From Myxococcota bacterium (GTDB lineage: Bacteria > Myxococcota_A > UBA9160 > UBA4427), in contig OZ252299.1 of assembly GCA_965250285.1 (NCBI GenBank), forward strand, positions 1,920,001-1,984,000: a stretch of DNA of 64,000 bases, read 5' to 3'. The notes under the pieces were generated by a model. The model was not told the DNA's origin. It made no database searches and saw nothing but the letters and a program-made list of their open reading frames with translations. Within the stretch, counting starts at the first letter, position 1; each line of letters opens with the position of its first letter. The position numbers and the translations under genes are program-made. Shown in pieces: positions 10,128 to 20,741 of the stretch.

Positions 10128-11210
10128 CCCGGAGCGCCGCATCATTTCGGCAATCGTGATGCGGCTGGCACGCAGCACGATCACGCCGAGCAGGGTGAGG
10201 CTCAGCCAGAACGCCGCCCAGACGAGCACGCCCATCGCCAGGGCCGCGGCCGGATCGACGCCGAACCGGATCAGAACCGCCTGAAACGCCAGCTGATACG
10301 GGCCGATGAAGCCGGGGGCCGACGGCAACGCGACGGCGACGCCGACGGCGGCGAGGAGGACCCACGATGTCACGATCATCTCCCAGGGGGAGTCGAAGGA
10401 CACCACGTCGGGGCCGAAGGCCCAGAAGCCGATCAGCATCGGTCCGGTCGATGCCACCAGCCAGATCAACGCCGTGTGCAAAGCGATCCAGAAGAGGTGC
10501 CCACCGCGGCCGAGCGCCCCGAGCCCATCGCTGAAGCCGCGAAGCACGCGTTCGGCCAGCTCGCGGGCGCGCGTCGGCGCCGGGCGCAGACACCAGAGCG
10601 CCGCCGCGATCAGGGGCTCGGGGGCCAGGCGCAGGGCGAACAAGACCGCGAGCGGTGCGAGGGCAACCGGCAGGAGCAGGATCGAACCCTCCTGCAGAAT
10701 TCCCGCCGCATCGGAGTGCGCGCCCACCCACGACAGCGAGATCACGGCGAGCAGCAGCACCGACACGACGTCGAGTACGCGCTCGATCACGACCGTGCCG
10801 AGGATCGCGCTCCGCGAGACCCCGGCCTCATTGGCGAGCGTGACCGAGCGGATCAGCTCGCCCATCCGCAGCGGCAGTAGATTGTTCGCGAGAAAGCCGA
10901 TCGAGGCCGCTCGAAACAGGACGCTCGTCTCGATCGACGCGACCGGGTCGGTCAGATGGCGCCATCGCAGCGCCCGCAGATACACGCTCACCACGTAGAA
11001 CGGTGCGCTGGCGACCAGCAGCGCGAAGAAGTTCGCCCGCTGCATCGCTTCGAAGACCTTGGCCAGCGGGATGCCGCGCACGGCGATCCACACCGACACC
11101 AGGGTGATCCCCAGCCCGAGCCAGAACCGCCAGTCGCGCACCCAATCCGACAGGCTCGGCGGGCTCTCGAGAGCGTCGTCGTCACGGCCGGGCGGTTCGG
11201 CCGCGGTCAT
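10125..11210 (-). CDS. UPF0104 / lysylphosphatidylglycerol synthase TM-domain (flippase-like) protein
   Basis: LRALRWRHL, NNLLPLRMGELIRS, IERVLD, LPSAPGFIG; ATGA overlap with ribF. Confidence 0.85.
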   Translation of the reverse strand: MTAAEPPGRDDDALESPPSLSDWVRDWRFWLGLGITLVSVWIAVRGIPLAKVFEAMQRANFFALLVASAPFYVVSVYLRALRWRHLTDPVASIETSVLFRAASIGFLANNLLPLRMGELIRSVTLANEAGVSRSAILGTVVIERVLDVVSVLLLAVISLSWVGAHSDAAGILQEGSILLLPVALAPLAVLFALRLAPEPLIAAALWCLRPAPTRARELAERVLRGFSDGLGALGRGGHLFWIALHTALIWLVASTGPMLIGFWAFGPDVVSFDSPWEMIVTSWVLLAAVGVAVALPSAPGFIGPYQLAFQAVLIRFGVDPAAALAMGVLVWAAFWLSLTLLGVIVLRASRITIAEMMRRSG

Positions 11211-12151
11211 GCGCGTGTCAACCACGCGCGCGCGTCGTCGACGTCACGACGGATCCGTTCGCGGAGCGCGTCGATCGAATCGAACTTCTGCTCGCCGCGC
11301 AGCTTGTGCTCGAAGGAGAGCTCGACGATCCCGCCGTAGAGGTCGCCTGAGAAGTCGATCACATGGGCTTCGGCCACCAGATCGCGGCCGTCATCGAACG
11401 TCGGCCGGAAGCCGACGTTGGTCACTGCGCCGAAGGTCTGGCCGGCGATCGGCCCCTCGATGCCACGGACATGGCCGGCGTACACGCCCGCGCCAGGCAG
11501 AATCTCGTTGTCGGGCGCCAGGTTCGCGGTGGGAAACCCCATCTCGCGGCCCCGCTTCATGCCTTCGACCACCGGCCCCCGCACGCAGTACGCCCGACCG
11601 AGCAAATCCGCCGCCTCCTCCACCGATCCATCGGCAATCAGGCCGCGAATCCGCGTCGAATTGACGTCCCGGTCACCGACGGTCACTTCGGGGATGATCG
11701 TGACCGAGAAGCCGCGATGCGGGCCCTGCTCGGTCAACAGCCTCATTGAGCCTTCCCGGTCTCGACCGAAGTGGAAGTCGTAGCCGACGTAGACCTCGAG
11801 CGGACCAATGCCCTTGTCGATCTGCTCGTCGATGAACTGATCGGGGGGCGTCCGCGCGAACTCGCGATCGAAGGGCTGGAGCACGACCCAGTCGAGGCCG
11901 ATCGACTCGAGAATCTCGAGCTTCTGCTCGGTCGTTGCCAGCAGCTTCGGGCCGGCGTCGCCCTGGAGCACCTTCCGGGGGTGCGGATCGAACGTGTAGA
12001 GGATCGCCTCGCCCTCGAGCTGGCGAGCCCGGTCGATGACGGTGTCGAGGATCTTGCGGTGGCCGACGTGCAGGCCGTCGAAGTTGCCGATCGTCAGAAC
12101 GGGACGCACCGGTCGCCGCGAGAACTCCGCTACGCCTCGAACGACCTCCAC
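11207..12151 (-). CDS. ribF: Bifunctional riboflavin kinase/FAD synthetase
   Basis: IGNFDGLHVGH, TFDPHP, GYDFHFG, STRIR, GFPTAN, EAH. Confidence 0.96.
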   Translation of the reverse strand: MEVVRGVAEFSRRPVRPVLTIGNFDGLHVGHRKILDTVIDRARQLEGEAILYTFDPHPRKVLQGDAGPKLLATTEQKLEILESIGLDWVVLQPFDREFARTPPDQFIDEQIDKGIGPLEVYVGYDFHFGRDREGSMRLLTEQGPHRGFSVTIIPEVTVGDRDVNSTRIRGLIADGSVEEAADLLGRAYCVRGPVVEGMKRGREMGFPTANLAPDNEILPGAGVYAGHVRGIEGPIAGQTFGAVTNVGFRPTFDDGRDLVAEAHVIDFSGDLYGGIVELSFEHKLRGEQKFDSIDALRERIRRDVDDARAWLTRA

Positions 12152-12191
12152 CGATCGGTCTCCCTTCGCGCCGTCGCTGCCGGGGCCGCGC

Positions 12192-13079
12192 TCAGCGCGC
12201 CCCGCCCTCGGGTGCGCTCGACCGAAAATACTCGAAGAACTCGTGCTCTGGAGACAGCACGAGCGTCGTGCTCTCATCGATCGTCGCGCGGTACGCGCGC
12301 AGGCTGCGCACGAACGCGAAGAACTCGGGATCGGCCGAGTACGCCTCGGCGTAGATCGAAGCGGCTTCGGCGTCGCCGGCGCCGCGGGTGATCTCAGATT
12401 CGGACCGCGCCTGGGCCAGCAGGGTCCTCGCCTCGCGCTCGGCCTTCGCGCGAATCTCACGCGCCTCGCGCTCGCCCTTTGCGCGGTGTTCGCGGGCGAT
12501 GGCGAGGCGCTGCTCGCGCATCTGATTGAAGGTCGACTCTTCGTTCTGCTTGGGAATATCGGTGCGGCTGATGCGCAAATCGACCACGGTCACGCCGGTC
12601 TCGGCGAGCGTCTCGGTCGCTTCGACGGCAATGTCTCCCAGAACGTCCGCGCGCGCGAGGATCTCGTCGAGCGGCAGCCCCGAGATCTTGTCACTGACCC
12701 GCGACTGCAGGCGAGCCCGGATCACTCGCGTCGACGCATCGACGCTCGGGTAGCGACGCGCGAACGCCAGCGCGTCGCTGATGTGCCACACCGCAAAGTA
12801 GTCGACGAGCAGCGTCTCGTTGCCGACGATCATCTCGGACGGCTCGACGCCCAGATATCGAAGCCGCATGTCCTGGGTTCGAACCGACTCGATCACGGGC
12901 AGACGCAGCGACCAACCGGGCTCGGTGATGACGCGGTTGGGCGCGCCGAGCCGCAGCACGATGTTGTTCTCCCACTGCTGCGTCACGATCACCGGCCCCC
13001 AGCCATAGCTGCCAGCCCAGAGGCTCGTGATGCCGACGATGAGCACGAGCCAGATCGTGAAGATCAGAGTCCGAATCAC
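12192..13079 (-). CDS. hflC: FtsH protease modulator HflC
   Basis: TM plus SPFH domain, C-terminal AYSADPEFFAFVRSLRAY; GTGA overlap with hflK. Confidence 0.88.
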   Translation of the reverse strand: MIRTLIFTIWLVLIVGITSLWAGSYGWGPVIVTQQWENNIVLRLGAPNRVITEPGWSLRLPVIESVRTQDMRLRYLGVEPSEMIVGNETLLVDYFAVWHISDALAFARRYPSVDASTRVIRARLQSRVSDKISGLPLDEILARADVLGDIAVEATETLAETGVTVVDLRISRTDIPKQNEESTFNQMREQRLAIAREHRAKGEREAREIRAKAEREARTLLAQARSESEITRGAGDAEAASIYAEAYSADPEFFAFVRSLRAYRATIDESTTLVLSPEHEFFEYFRSSAPEGGAR

Positions 13080-14281
13080 GGGTTCGATCCTCCGGTCGTG
13101 GTCGAAGCGGTCGTCGAGGTCGTCGAGGTCGTCGAGGTCGAGGCGCCGGTCGCAGGCGCTGGCGTCGTCGGAGCGGTTCGAGAGGCTCCTCCGGGCGGGG
13201 GCGCAGAGACGGCGGGTGCCAGCGCGCCCGCGCGCTCGGAGAAGATCGGGATCACGCTCGAGGCCGCCGGATCGACGAGCATCTTCTCGGCGCGGGCCAG
13301 CACCTCTTCGAGCGTCTCGATGTACAGGCGCGTCCGCGTGACGTCGGGGGCGCGGCGATACTCGGCCACCAGCGCGGTGAATCGCTGCGACTCACCGCGG
13401 GATTCGAGCACGCGGGCCTGCTTGTACGCCTGCGAGCCCTCCTCGAGCTCGGCCGCCTCGGCGCGAGCGCGCTCGATGATCTCGCGAGAATCACCCCGCG
13501 CGCGCGAGATCGCACGATCTTCGTCCTGCTGGGCCGCCTTGACGTCTTCGAACGCCCCACGCACCTGCGCGGGCGGGTGGACCGTCTGGAGCGAGATCTT
13601 GTCGATGTCGAAGGGCGAGCGTTCATCGAACGTCGGATCGGCCGGCTCGCTCGGCAGACCGTCCGGCTCCTGGATGATCAGGGCGGAGTACTGCGACATG
13701 ATGCCTTGCAGGATCGAGCGCGCCTCGCGCTCGATCTTCTGCTTCTCGAAGATCAGCACGTTGTCGACCGTCTTGCCGCCGATCACCTGCCGCACCGAAG
13801 CCTGGGTGGCGTCGTGCAGGATCAGATCGGGCTCGATCATGCCGAACTCGAACGAGTACGGGTTGTTGATCGAGTACTGCAGCTCGTAGGAGACGCTGAC
13901 GATGTTGTTGTCGGCGGTCTGCACGAAGCGCGAGAAGGTGCCCTCCTCGCCGCCGCGGTTCTCACGCTGACCGTCGTCACTCATCGCCGGCCGATTGCCG
14001 TCTTCCATGCCGAACGAGATCGATCGAATCTCGACCACGTTGACCGGTACGGCGATTTCGAGCGGCGGCGGCAGATGCCAGCCGAGCCCCTCCTGGCGAA
14101 CCACGCGGTCGAACTCGCCGACCTTCATGATCACGGCCGCCTCACCGAGTTCGAGGCGATAGAAGCCCGTGCTCGCCCAGCCGCCGAGCAGGCCGAGCGT
14201 GACGAGGATCAGCAGTCCGTTGGTGACCGCGCGCGCCGCGCCGCTTCGGATGCGGCGCGCGGTCTCGTCGCCTTCGGCCAC
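13076..14281 (-). CDS. hflK: FtsH protease modulator HflK
   Basis: GLGWHLPPP, QTADNNIV, PPAQVRGAFEDV, APDVTRTRLYIETLEEV. Confidence 0.88.
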   Translation of the reverse strand: MAEGDETARRIRSGAARAVTNGLLILVTLGLLGGWASTGFYRLELGEAAVIMKVGEFDRVVRQEGLGWHLPPPLEIAVPVNVVEIRSISFGMEDGNRPAMSDDGQRENRGGEEGTFSRFVQTADNNIVSVSYELQYSINNPYSFEFGMIEPDLILHDATQASVRQVIGGKTVDNVLIFEKQKIEREARSILQGIMSQYSALIIQEPDGLPSEPADPTFDERSPFDIDKISLQTVHPPAQVRGAFEDVKAAQQDEDRAISRARGDSREIIERARAEAAELEEGSQAYKQARVLESRGESQRFTALVAEYRRAPDVTRTRLYIETLEEVLARAEKMLVDPAASSVIPIFSERAGALAPAVSAPPPGGASRTAPTTPAPATGASTSTTSTTSTTASTTTGGSNP

Positions 14282-15082
14282 CTAGACCTCCAGCTCGGGC
14301 TGCTCCGGCGTCGACGCGGGCGCGTCGCCGGCGTTCTCGGCCAGGTGCTGCACGAAGGGCTTCAGCAGATCGATGGGGAACGGAAAGATCGTCGTCGAGC
14401 TGTTCGTGCCCGCGATCTCGGCGAGCGTCTGCAGGTAGCGAAGCTGGATCCCGGCGGTTTCGCTCGAGAGCGTGGCCGCCGCATCGGCGATGCGCTGGGC
14501 GGCGAGCACCTCACCATCGGCGAGCGTCACCTTCGCGCGCTTCTCACGTTCGGCCTCGGCCTGCTTGGCCATCACGCGCTGCATCTCCTGCGGAAGATCG
14601 ATCTGCTTCACCTCGACCGCACGCACCTTGACGCCCCAGGGCTCGGTCTGCTGGTCGATGATCTCCTGCAGCTGCTGATTGATGCTGTCTCGTTCGGCGA
14701 GCAGCGTATCGAGCTCGGCCTGGCCGCAGACGCTGCGCAGCGTCGTCTGGGCGAGCTGCGACGTACCGAAGAGGTAGTTCTCGACCTGGATCACGGCCTT
14801 GTCGGGGTGCAGCACGCGGAAGTACAGCACCGCATTCACCTTGACCGAGACGTTGTCGCGCGTGATCACCTCTTGCGAGGGCACATCCATCACGATCTCG
14901 CGCAGACCGATGCGCACCATGCGGTCGACGCCCGGAATGATCCACTTGAGACCGGCGCTCTTGGTGCCGGTGTAGCGGCCGAGACGAAACACCACGCCCC
15001 GCTCGTACTCGGGCAGCACCCGGACGCCGGCGATGAAGATCACCGCAGCGAGGCCGATCAGAATGATGGGAAACAAAGACAT
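14282..15082 (-). CDS. Slipin/stomatin-family SPFH protein
   Basis: EYERGVVFRLGR, QEVITRDNV, AQTTLRS, QAEAEREKRAK, LRYLQTL. Confidence 0.92.
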   Translation of the reverse strand: MSLFPIILIGLAAVIFIAGVRVLPEYERGVVFRLGRYTGTKSAGLKWIIPGVDRMVRIGLREIVMDVPSQEVITRDNVSVKVNAVLYFRVLHPDKAVIQVENYLFGTSQLAQTTLRSVCGQAELDTLLAERDSINQQLQEIIDQQTEPWGVKVRAVEVKQIDLPQEMQRVMAKQAEAEREKRAKVTLADGEVLAAQRIADAAATLSSETAGIQLRYLQTLAEIAGTNSSTTIFPFPIDLLKPFVQHLAENAGDAPASTPEQPELEV

Positions 15083-15269
15083 GCTCACTCCCGACGGTCG
15101 ACGCCGGGGGTGAGGTCGTGGTGACCATCCGGGTCACCCGCCCCCCCAGCGGATTTCGACGCGCTTGAATCGTATCGAAAAGGTCGCCACACGGCCGCGC
15201 CATGAACGGCTGCGCACAGGCGGGTCGATTCGCCCCCCGCGCCCGCTCGACGGTGCGCCGACCCGGTCT

Positions 15270-16583
15270 TCAGTCGGCGCCCAGCGCCCGTCGGACGCGC
15301 AGTCGCAGGCCGTCGACGGCTACGACCTCGACGGCTTCACCGGCTTCGACCGGCTCCTCGGCCTCGACGTTCCAGTACTCGCCCCGGATGAAGATCTTGC
15401 CGGCCGGATCGAGCGCGGTGCTCGTTCGCCCCACCAGCCCGATCATCTCGTCGACACCCGCGACCTGATCCTTCATCAGACTGCGGCCGACGAGGAACGC
15501 GACCATGCCGGTAAAGGCGCCGAAGCCGACGACCACCGGCACGAGCACCGACCAGAAGTCGATGGTGAGGTCGGACATCTCCGGCACGTCGAACACCATC
15601 GTGCCGCCGACCAGAAAACAGAGGATGCCCGCGGCGAAGAGGACGCCGAAGCTGGTCACGAAAATCTCGGCCACGAGCAGCCCGATGCCCAACAGGATCA
15701 GCAGAATGCCGACCCAGTTGAAGGGCAGGATCTGCATCGCGAAGCCCGCGAGTACGAGGCACACGAGCCCCGTGGCCCCGGGCAGAAGCAGCCCGGGGTT
15801 CTGGAACTCGACGTACAGCCCGGCAAGCCCACCGAAGATCAGCAGCGCCACGATGTTCGGGTCGGCCAGAAAGCTGAAGATCGCCTGCAGCGTCGTCATC
15901 TCGAGCGAGCGCACCTCGACCGCCCCGAGCACGAGCTCGGTCTCCTCGCCGTCGACCTCGACGACGCGCCCGTTGATCTCCTCGAGCAGCTCCGCGCGAT
16001 TCTTCGCGATGAGGTCGACGACATTGAGCTCGACGGCCTCTTCGGGACCGATCGCCACCGAGTTGCGCACGGCTTCGGCGGCCCATTCGACGTTGCGATT
16101 GCGCTGCTTCGCGACCGATTCGATGTACGCGATCGTCATGTTCTCGATCTTCTCGGCCATGTAATCGCGGCTGTCGCCCTCTTCCTTCGTGTTGTCGCCG
16201 CCGACCGTGACCGGGTGCGCCGCGCCGATACTCGTGCCGGGCGACATGGCGGCCACATTGGCCGCCATCGTGATGAAGACACCCGCCGATCCGGCCCAGG
16301 CGCCGCGAGGCGTGACGTAGACGGCGACCGGCACGCGGGCGTTCAGCATCGACTGGATGATGTCCTGCGTCGATTGCAGCAGGCCGCCCGGCGTATCCAT
16401 CTCGATCAGCAGCAGCGCCGCACCATCGCGCTCGCTCTCGGCGATCGCGGTGTCGACGTAGTCGGCGACCGCCGGGTTGATGCCGCCATCGATCGTGATC
16501 ACGTTCACGTGGTTCGCATTCGCCGACGTCGCGAGCAACATCGACGCGACGACGAGCCCCAGCAGCTTGAATCCGCGGCGCAT
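15270..16583 (-). CDS. nfeD: NfeD family membrane-bound serine protease (long form)
   Basis: MDTPGG, AGSAG, GAAHPV, TM region, C-terminal OB-fold GEYW; upstream of slipin. Confidence 0.9.
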   Translation of the reverse strand: MRRGFKLLGLVVASMLLATSANANHVNVITIDGGINPAVADYVDTAIAESERDGAALLLIEMDTPGGLLQSTQDIIQSMLNARVPVAVYVTPRGAWAGSAGVFITMAANVAAMSPGTSIGAAHPVTVGGDNTKEEGDSRDYMAEKIENMTIAYIESVAKQRNRNVEWAAEAVRNSVAIGPEEAVELNVVDLIAKNRAELLEEINGRVVEVDGEETELVLGAVEVRSLEMTTLQAIFSFLADPNIVALLIFGGLAGLYVEFQNPGLLLPGATGLVCLVLAGFAMQILPFNWVGILLILLGIGLLVAEIFVTSFGVLFAAGILCFLVGGTMVFDVPEMSDLTIDFWSVLVPVVVGFGAFTGMVAFLVGRSLMKDQVAGVDEMIGLVGRTSTALDPAGKIFIRGEYWNVEAEEPVEAGEAVEVVAVDGLRLRVRRALGAD

Positions 16584-16618
16584 GGGTGCCTCCCTCGAAC
16601 GGCGCGATTGTGAGCGAC

Positions 16619-17833
16619 TCACGCCCGTCGCTCGCGGGCGATCTTCTCGATGCGATCGAAGAGCTGCGCCGCGACCTCGCGCTTCGGCAGGAGCGGCAGC
16701 TCCTCGACGTCGCCGCCGGGCCGCACGAAGAGCACGGCGTTGTCGTCGGTGCCAAAGCCGGCGTCGGTGCGCGAGATGTCGTTGGCGACGAGCAGATCGC
16801 AGCCCTTGCGCTCGATCTTGCGCTTCGCAGCGCCGACGACGTCGTGGCTCTCGGCTGCGAAGCCGACGACGATGCGGTCCCCCTTCTGCTCGCACACCTC
16901 GCTCAGAATGTCGGTCGTGGCGACGAGCTCGAGGTGCAGCCCGCTGCTCTCCGCGAGCGCCTCCTTCTTGATCTTCAGCTCTTCGGCGCGCGCGGGCCTG
17001 AAGTCGGCCACGGCCGCGGCCTTGATCACGATCGTCGAAGCCTCGAGCTGGCCGAGCACGGCCTCGCGCATCTGCGCGGCGGTGCCCACGTCGAGTCGCT
17101 CGACGCCCGACGGCGTTTCGAGGGAGACCGTCGGTCCGACGATGAGAAGCACCCGCGCGCCCCGGCCCGCCGCCTCCTCGGCAATGGCGAAGCCCATCTT
17201 GCCCGTCGACCGGTTCGTCACGCTGCGCACCGCATCGATCGGCTCGGCGGTGCCGCCGGCGGTCACGATCACCGTTTCGCCGGCCAGGCTCTTGGCCGTC
17301 AGCGCGGCCTCGGCTGCGGCCACGATCGCCTCGGGGGGCGACATCCGACCGAGGCCTTCCCACCCGCAAGCCAGCTCGCCGGCCTCGGGCCCGACGCGCA
17401 GCACACCGCGCTCGGCGAGCACCGCCACGTTGGCTTCGGTGGCGGGGTGGGACCACATATGGACGTTCATCGCCGGGGCGACGAGCACCGGCGCCCGGGT
17501 CGCGAGCAGCACCGCCGTCACCAGGTCGTCCGCGCGGCCGTGCACCATCCGCGCGAGTAGATCGGCGGTCGCCGGGGCGACGATGACGAGCTCGGCCCAG
17601 TCGGCGAGCCCGATGTGATCGATCTCCGATTCCTCCCCTGGGTCGAAGAGGTGCTGGCGAACGGGCTCGCCCGAGAGCGTCTGGAGCACGAGCGGGCTGA
17701 CGAACTCGGCCGCCGACCGGGTCAGCGCGCAGCGCACCTCGTGGCCCGCCTTCTTGAGCTGACGCACGAGCTCGGGCGCCTTGTAGGCGGCGATCCCACC
17801 GGTCACGGCCAGGACGATGCGGCGTGAATCCAT
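16619..17833 (-). CDS. coaBC: Phosphopantothenoylcysteine decarboxylase/ligase
   Basis: TGGIAAYK, APATAD, PAMN, LACG, TAGGT, STGKMG, AAVADF, GFAAE. Confidence 0.96.
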   Translation of the reverse strand: MDSRRIVLAVTGGIAAYKAPELVRQLKKAGHEVRCALTRSAAEFVSPLVLQTLSGEPVRQHLFDPGEESEIDHIGLADWAELVIVAPATADLLARMVHGRADDLVTAVLLATRAPVLVAPAMNVHMWSHPATEANVAVLAERGVLRVGPEAGELACGWEGLGRMSPPEAIVAAAEAALTAKSLAGETVIVTAGGTAEPIDAVRSVTNRSTGKMGFAIAEEAAGRGARVLLIVGPTVSLETPSGVERLDVGTAAQMREAVLGQLEASTIVIKAAAVADFRPARAEELKIKKEALAESSGLHLELVATTDILSEVCEQKGDRIVVGFAAESHDVVGAAKRKIERKGCDLLVANDISRTDAGFGTDDNAVLFVRPGGDVEELPLLPKREVAAQLFDRIEKIARERRA

Positions 17834-18156
17834 GCGAAGCGCTCCTTCACCCGACGGCTCCCGCCGTCCCCCGCACCGCGCACCGCGCGCGCGGGCCCCA
17901 TCTCGGTGCCCCCGAAGCCCCGGCCAGCCGGGTACGGGCACTCCCTCTTCGGTGCCCGACCGATCCGCTCGTGACGCCGAACCAGCACCGATCGTCTCGT
18001 CGACCACTCGGGGCGTTGAGCGAAGACCGACACGCTCCGAAACGGTCTCTTCGCAGCCGGAGGAGCCCGCGGGGACGACCTGGAGGAGGGTACCACCCCG
18101 ATCTGGCGCCCGCTCTCGACGGCGGACGCACCGGCGCCGGGCTTCTCGGGACGAAG

Positions 18157-19611
18157 CTAGTGGTCAGCCTTGCCGAGCAACGCCTCGAGTCGGTCGAGCC
18201 GGTCGGCCAGCGCGGCCGGCCCCGGGCCTTCTGCGTAGATGCGCACGCGCGGCTCCGTCCCCGATCGCCGCACGTAGCCGAAGCCATCGTCGAGCTCGAG
18301 ACGGATCGCGCCCTCTTCGATCGTCGCCTCGTGCACCCGGTCGGCCCCCAGCTGATCGGGCGGCGCCTGGCGCAGCGCTTCGAGCGCTGCGATGACATCC
18401 GGCGACGCGGGCAACGCGCGCCGGGCGCACGCCCGTCGGCCGAAGCGGCGCTCGAAGCCGCGCAGTCGCGCGCCGATCGCACCCGGCTCGGTCGCGACGA
18501 GTTCGGCGACGAGGATCCCGGCCAGGATGCCGTCCTTGTCACGCCCGATGGGCGCCCAGGCGAAGCCCCCGCTCTCGTCCCCCGCCACGTCGGCATGGCC
18601 GTCGAGCAGCGCGAGGGAGAGATGCTTGAAGCCGATCGGCCACCGCGTGACGGCGAGCCCGTGCGACTCGGCGACGCGGGCGACCAGACTGCCCGTGGCC
18701 GCGCCGATCGCCACACCGCGCTGGATGCGCCCGGTCTCGGCGAGTCGATCGACCAGCAGCGCACACGCCTCGGTCTCGCTGAGCAGGCGTCCGCCCGGCT
18801 CCACGACCGCGAAACGATCCGCGTCCCCGTCCGTCGCAAGTCCGAGGCACGGCCCTCCCGTGCGCTTGACCGCGCGGACGAGGGGAGCGAGGTGGGCGGC
18901 GACCGGGTCGGGTGGCTGTCCGCCGAAACCGGGATCGCGTTCGGCGCGCAGCGTCTCGACGCGGCACCCGGTCCGCCCGAGGATCGTGTCGAGCACACCG
19001 GCCCCGACGCCGTGCATCGCGTCGTAGAAGACGGTCAGGTCGCTGCGGGCGAGCGCGTCGCCATCGACGACGTCGAGCAGATCGGTCACGTATCGCTCGA
19101 GCAGCTGCACGTCGGCGACGGGCCAGCGCTCGGGCACCGCCGCGCCATCGCCGGGGTGTGCCGCGGCGAGGGCTTCGATCGTGGCGGCGTCGTCGTCACC
19201 GATCGCGCCGCCCCAGCGGCCGAAGACCTTGACGCCGTGATACTCGGGCGGGTTGTGGCTCGCCGTGATCATGACGCCGGCCGCGGCGTCGTAGCGGGCG
19301 ATCGCGCGCGTGAGGACGGGGGTGGGAACGGGCTCGTGGGCGGCGAGGACATCGCAGCCCGCGTCGGTGAGGATGCGCGCTGCGAGGCGGGCCATGCGCT
19401 CACTCAACAGGCGGGTGTCGTGACCGAGCACGATCCGCCGCCCGACGTCGGCGCCGAGCGCCCAGGTGGCCACCGCGTCACACAGGGCGGCGAGTGCGTC
19501 GAAACGGACGTCTTCACCGGCGATGCCACGCCAGCCACTGGTGCCGAACCGAATGGGGCGGGAGCTCGGGGTGGACGCGTCGTCCATCGCGTCGGTCATA
19601 TCGAAGTCCAT
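18157..19611 (-). CDS. Phosphoglucomutase/phosphomannomutase family protein
   Basis: FGTSGWRG, ITASHNP, DGDADR, GDESGG, RSGTEP. Confidence 0.9.
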   Translation of the reverse strand: MDFDMTDAMDDASTPSSRPIRFGTSGWRGIAGEDVRFDALAALCDAVATWALGADVGRRIVLGHDTRLLSERMARLAARILTDAGCDVLAAHEPVPTPVLTRAIARYDAAAGVMITASHNPPEYHGVKVFGRWGGAIGDDDAATIEALAAAHPGDGAAVPERWPVADVQLLERYVTDLLDVVDGDALARSDLTVFYDAMHGVGAGVLDTILGRTGCRVETLRAERDPGFGGQPPDPVAAHLAPLVRAVKRTGGPCLGLATDGDADRFAVVEPGGRLLSETEACALLVDRLAETGRIQRGVAIGAATGSLVARVAESHGLAVTRWPIGFKHLSLALLDGHADVAGDESGGFAWAPIGRDKDGILAGILVAELVATEPGAIGARLRGFERRFGRRACARRALPASPDVIAALEALRQAPPDQLGADRVHEATIEEGAIRLELDDGFGYVRRSGTEPRVRIYAEGPGPAALADRLDRLEALLGKADH

Positions 19612-19651
19612 CGGGTCGAGCCCGCGAGCGAGCGGGCTCGTCTGGCGGACG

Positions 19652-20155
19652 CTAGCGCCCCGAGGCGTATCGCTTCTGCAGATACTCAGCGACGATCGGC
19701 GGCACGAACTCGTCGACGCTCTCGCCGAACTGGACCAGCTCCTTGAGGCGCGACGAGCTGACGTAGAGGTAGTCCTGACTCGACGCGAGGAAGATGATCT
19801 CGACGCGGGGCTCGAGATGGCGATTCATCAGCGCCATCTCGAACTCGTACTCGAAGTCGCTCATCATGCGCAGGCCGCGAATGATCGCGCAGGCGCCGAT
19901 CGCCGTGGCGTGGTGCACCACGAGCCCGTCGAACGTCTCGACCCGCACGCGCTCGTGATTCGCGAGCATCCCTCGCAGCATCTCCAGCCGCTGCTCGACG
20001 TCGAAGGCGCCTGTCTTCTTCACGTTCTTCGCGACCGCGACCACCACTTCGTCGAAGAGGTGCAGGCTGCGGTCGATCAGGTCGAGGTGCCCGTTCGTGG
20101 GCGGGTCGAAGCTCGCGGGGAACAGGGCTACGCGTTTTTGGGTCGAGTCGGACAT
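19652..20155 (-). CDS. coaD: Pantetheine-phosphate adenylyltransferase
   Basis: SFDPPTNGH, IRGLR, DFEYE, SSS. Confidence 0.95.
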   Translation of the reverse strand: MSDSTQKRVALFPASFDPPTNGHLDLIDRSLHLFDEVVVAVAKNVKKTGAFDVEQRLEMLRGMLANHERVRVETFDGLVVHHATAIGACAIIRGLRMMSDFEYEFEMALMNRHLEPRVEIIFLASSQDYLYVSSSRLKELVQFGESVDEFVPPIVAEYLQKRYASGR

Positions 20156-20186
20156 GTCGCCTCGTTCATGGCTCGCGCGACGGGGT

Positions 20187-20741
20187 TCAGGCGTCGTCGT
20201 GGGTCAGGAAGTACAGCACCGTGTCCCCGTAGGCGCGGTCGTCGAGCCGCACCAAACCGGGTACAGGCGGCAGAGCATGGCGCTTCGCCCCCTCGACGAC
20301 CACCCGCGCGCCCGACGCGAGCAGGGCGCCGTCGAGCAGCGCACCGAGGACACCCGACTCGAGTCCGGCGTCGTACGGGGGGTCGAAGAACACCACGTCG
20401 AAGCGGTCGCCCGCCCGCCCCAGCCTCTTGAGTGCAGCCCGCGCTTCTCCGCCCAGAACGCGGACGCGATCATCGAGCCCGAGATCGGCGGCGTTCGCGC
20501 GAATCACGCGCCGCGCTTCGGCGCCGCGGTCGAGCGCGACCAGCGACTTGGCCCCTCGGGAAAGAGCCTCGAGACCGAGTGCGCCCGACCCCGCACAGAT
20601 GTCGAGGATGGCGGCCTCACGCAGCACGTCCTCGCCGAGGATCGAGAACAGGGACTCGCGGACCCGGTCGCTCGTTGGCCGAGTGCCGCGCGGCACGCTT
20701 CGCAGCCGACGCCCGCCCAGTGTCCCGCCGATCACCCGCAT
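20187..20741 (-). CDS. rsmD: 16S rRNA m2G966 methyltransferase
   Basis: MRVIGG, RPTSDRVRESLF, GSGALGLEALSRGA, DPPY; typical rsmD-coaD order. Confidence 0.93.
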   Translation of the reverse strand: MRVIGGTLGGRRLRSVPRGTRPTSDRVRESLFSILGEDVLREAAILDICAGSGALGLEALSRGAKSLVALDRGAEARRVIRANAADLGLDDRVRVLGGEARAALKRLGRAGDRFDVVFFDPPYDAGLESGVLGALLDGALLASGARVVVEGAKRHALPPVPGLVRLDDRAYGDTVLYFLTHDDA

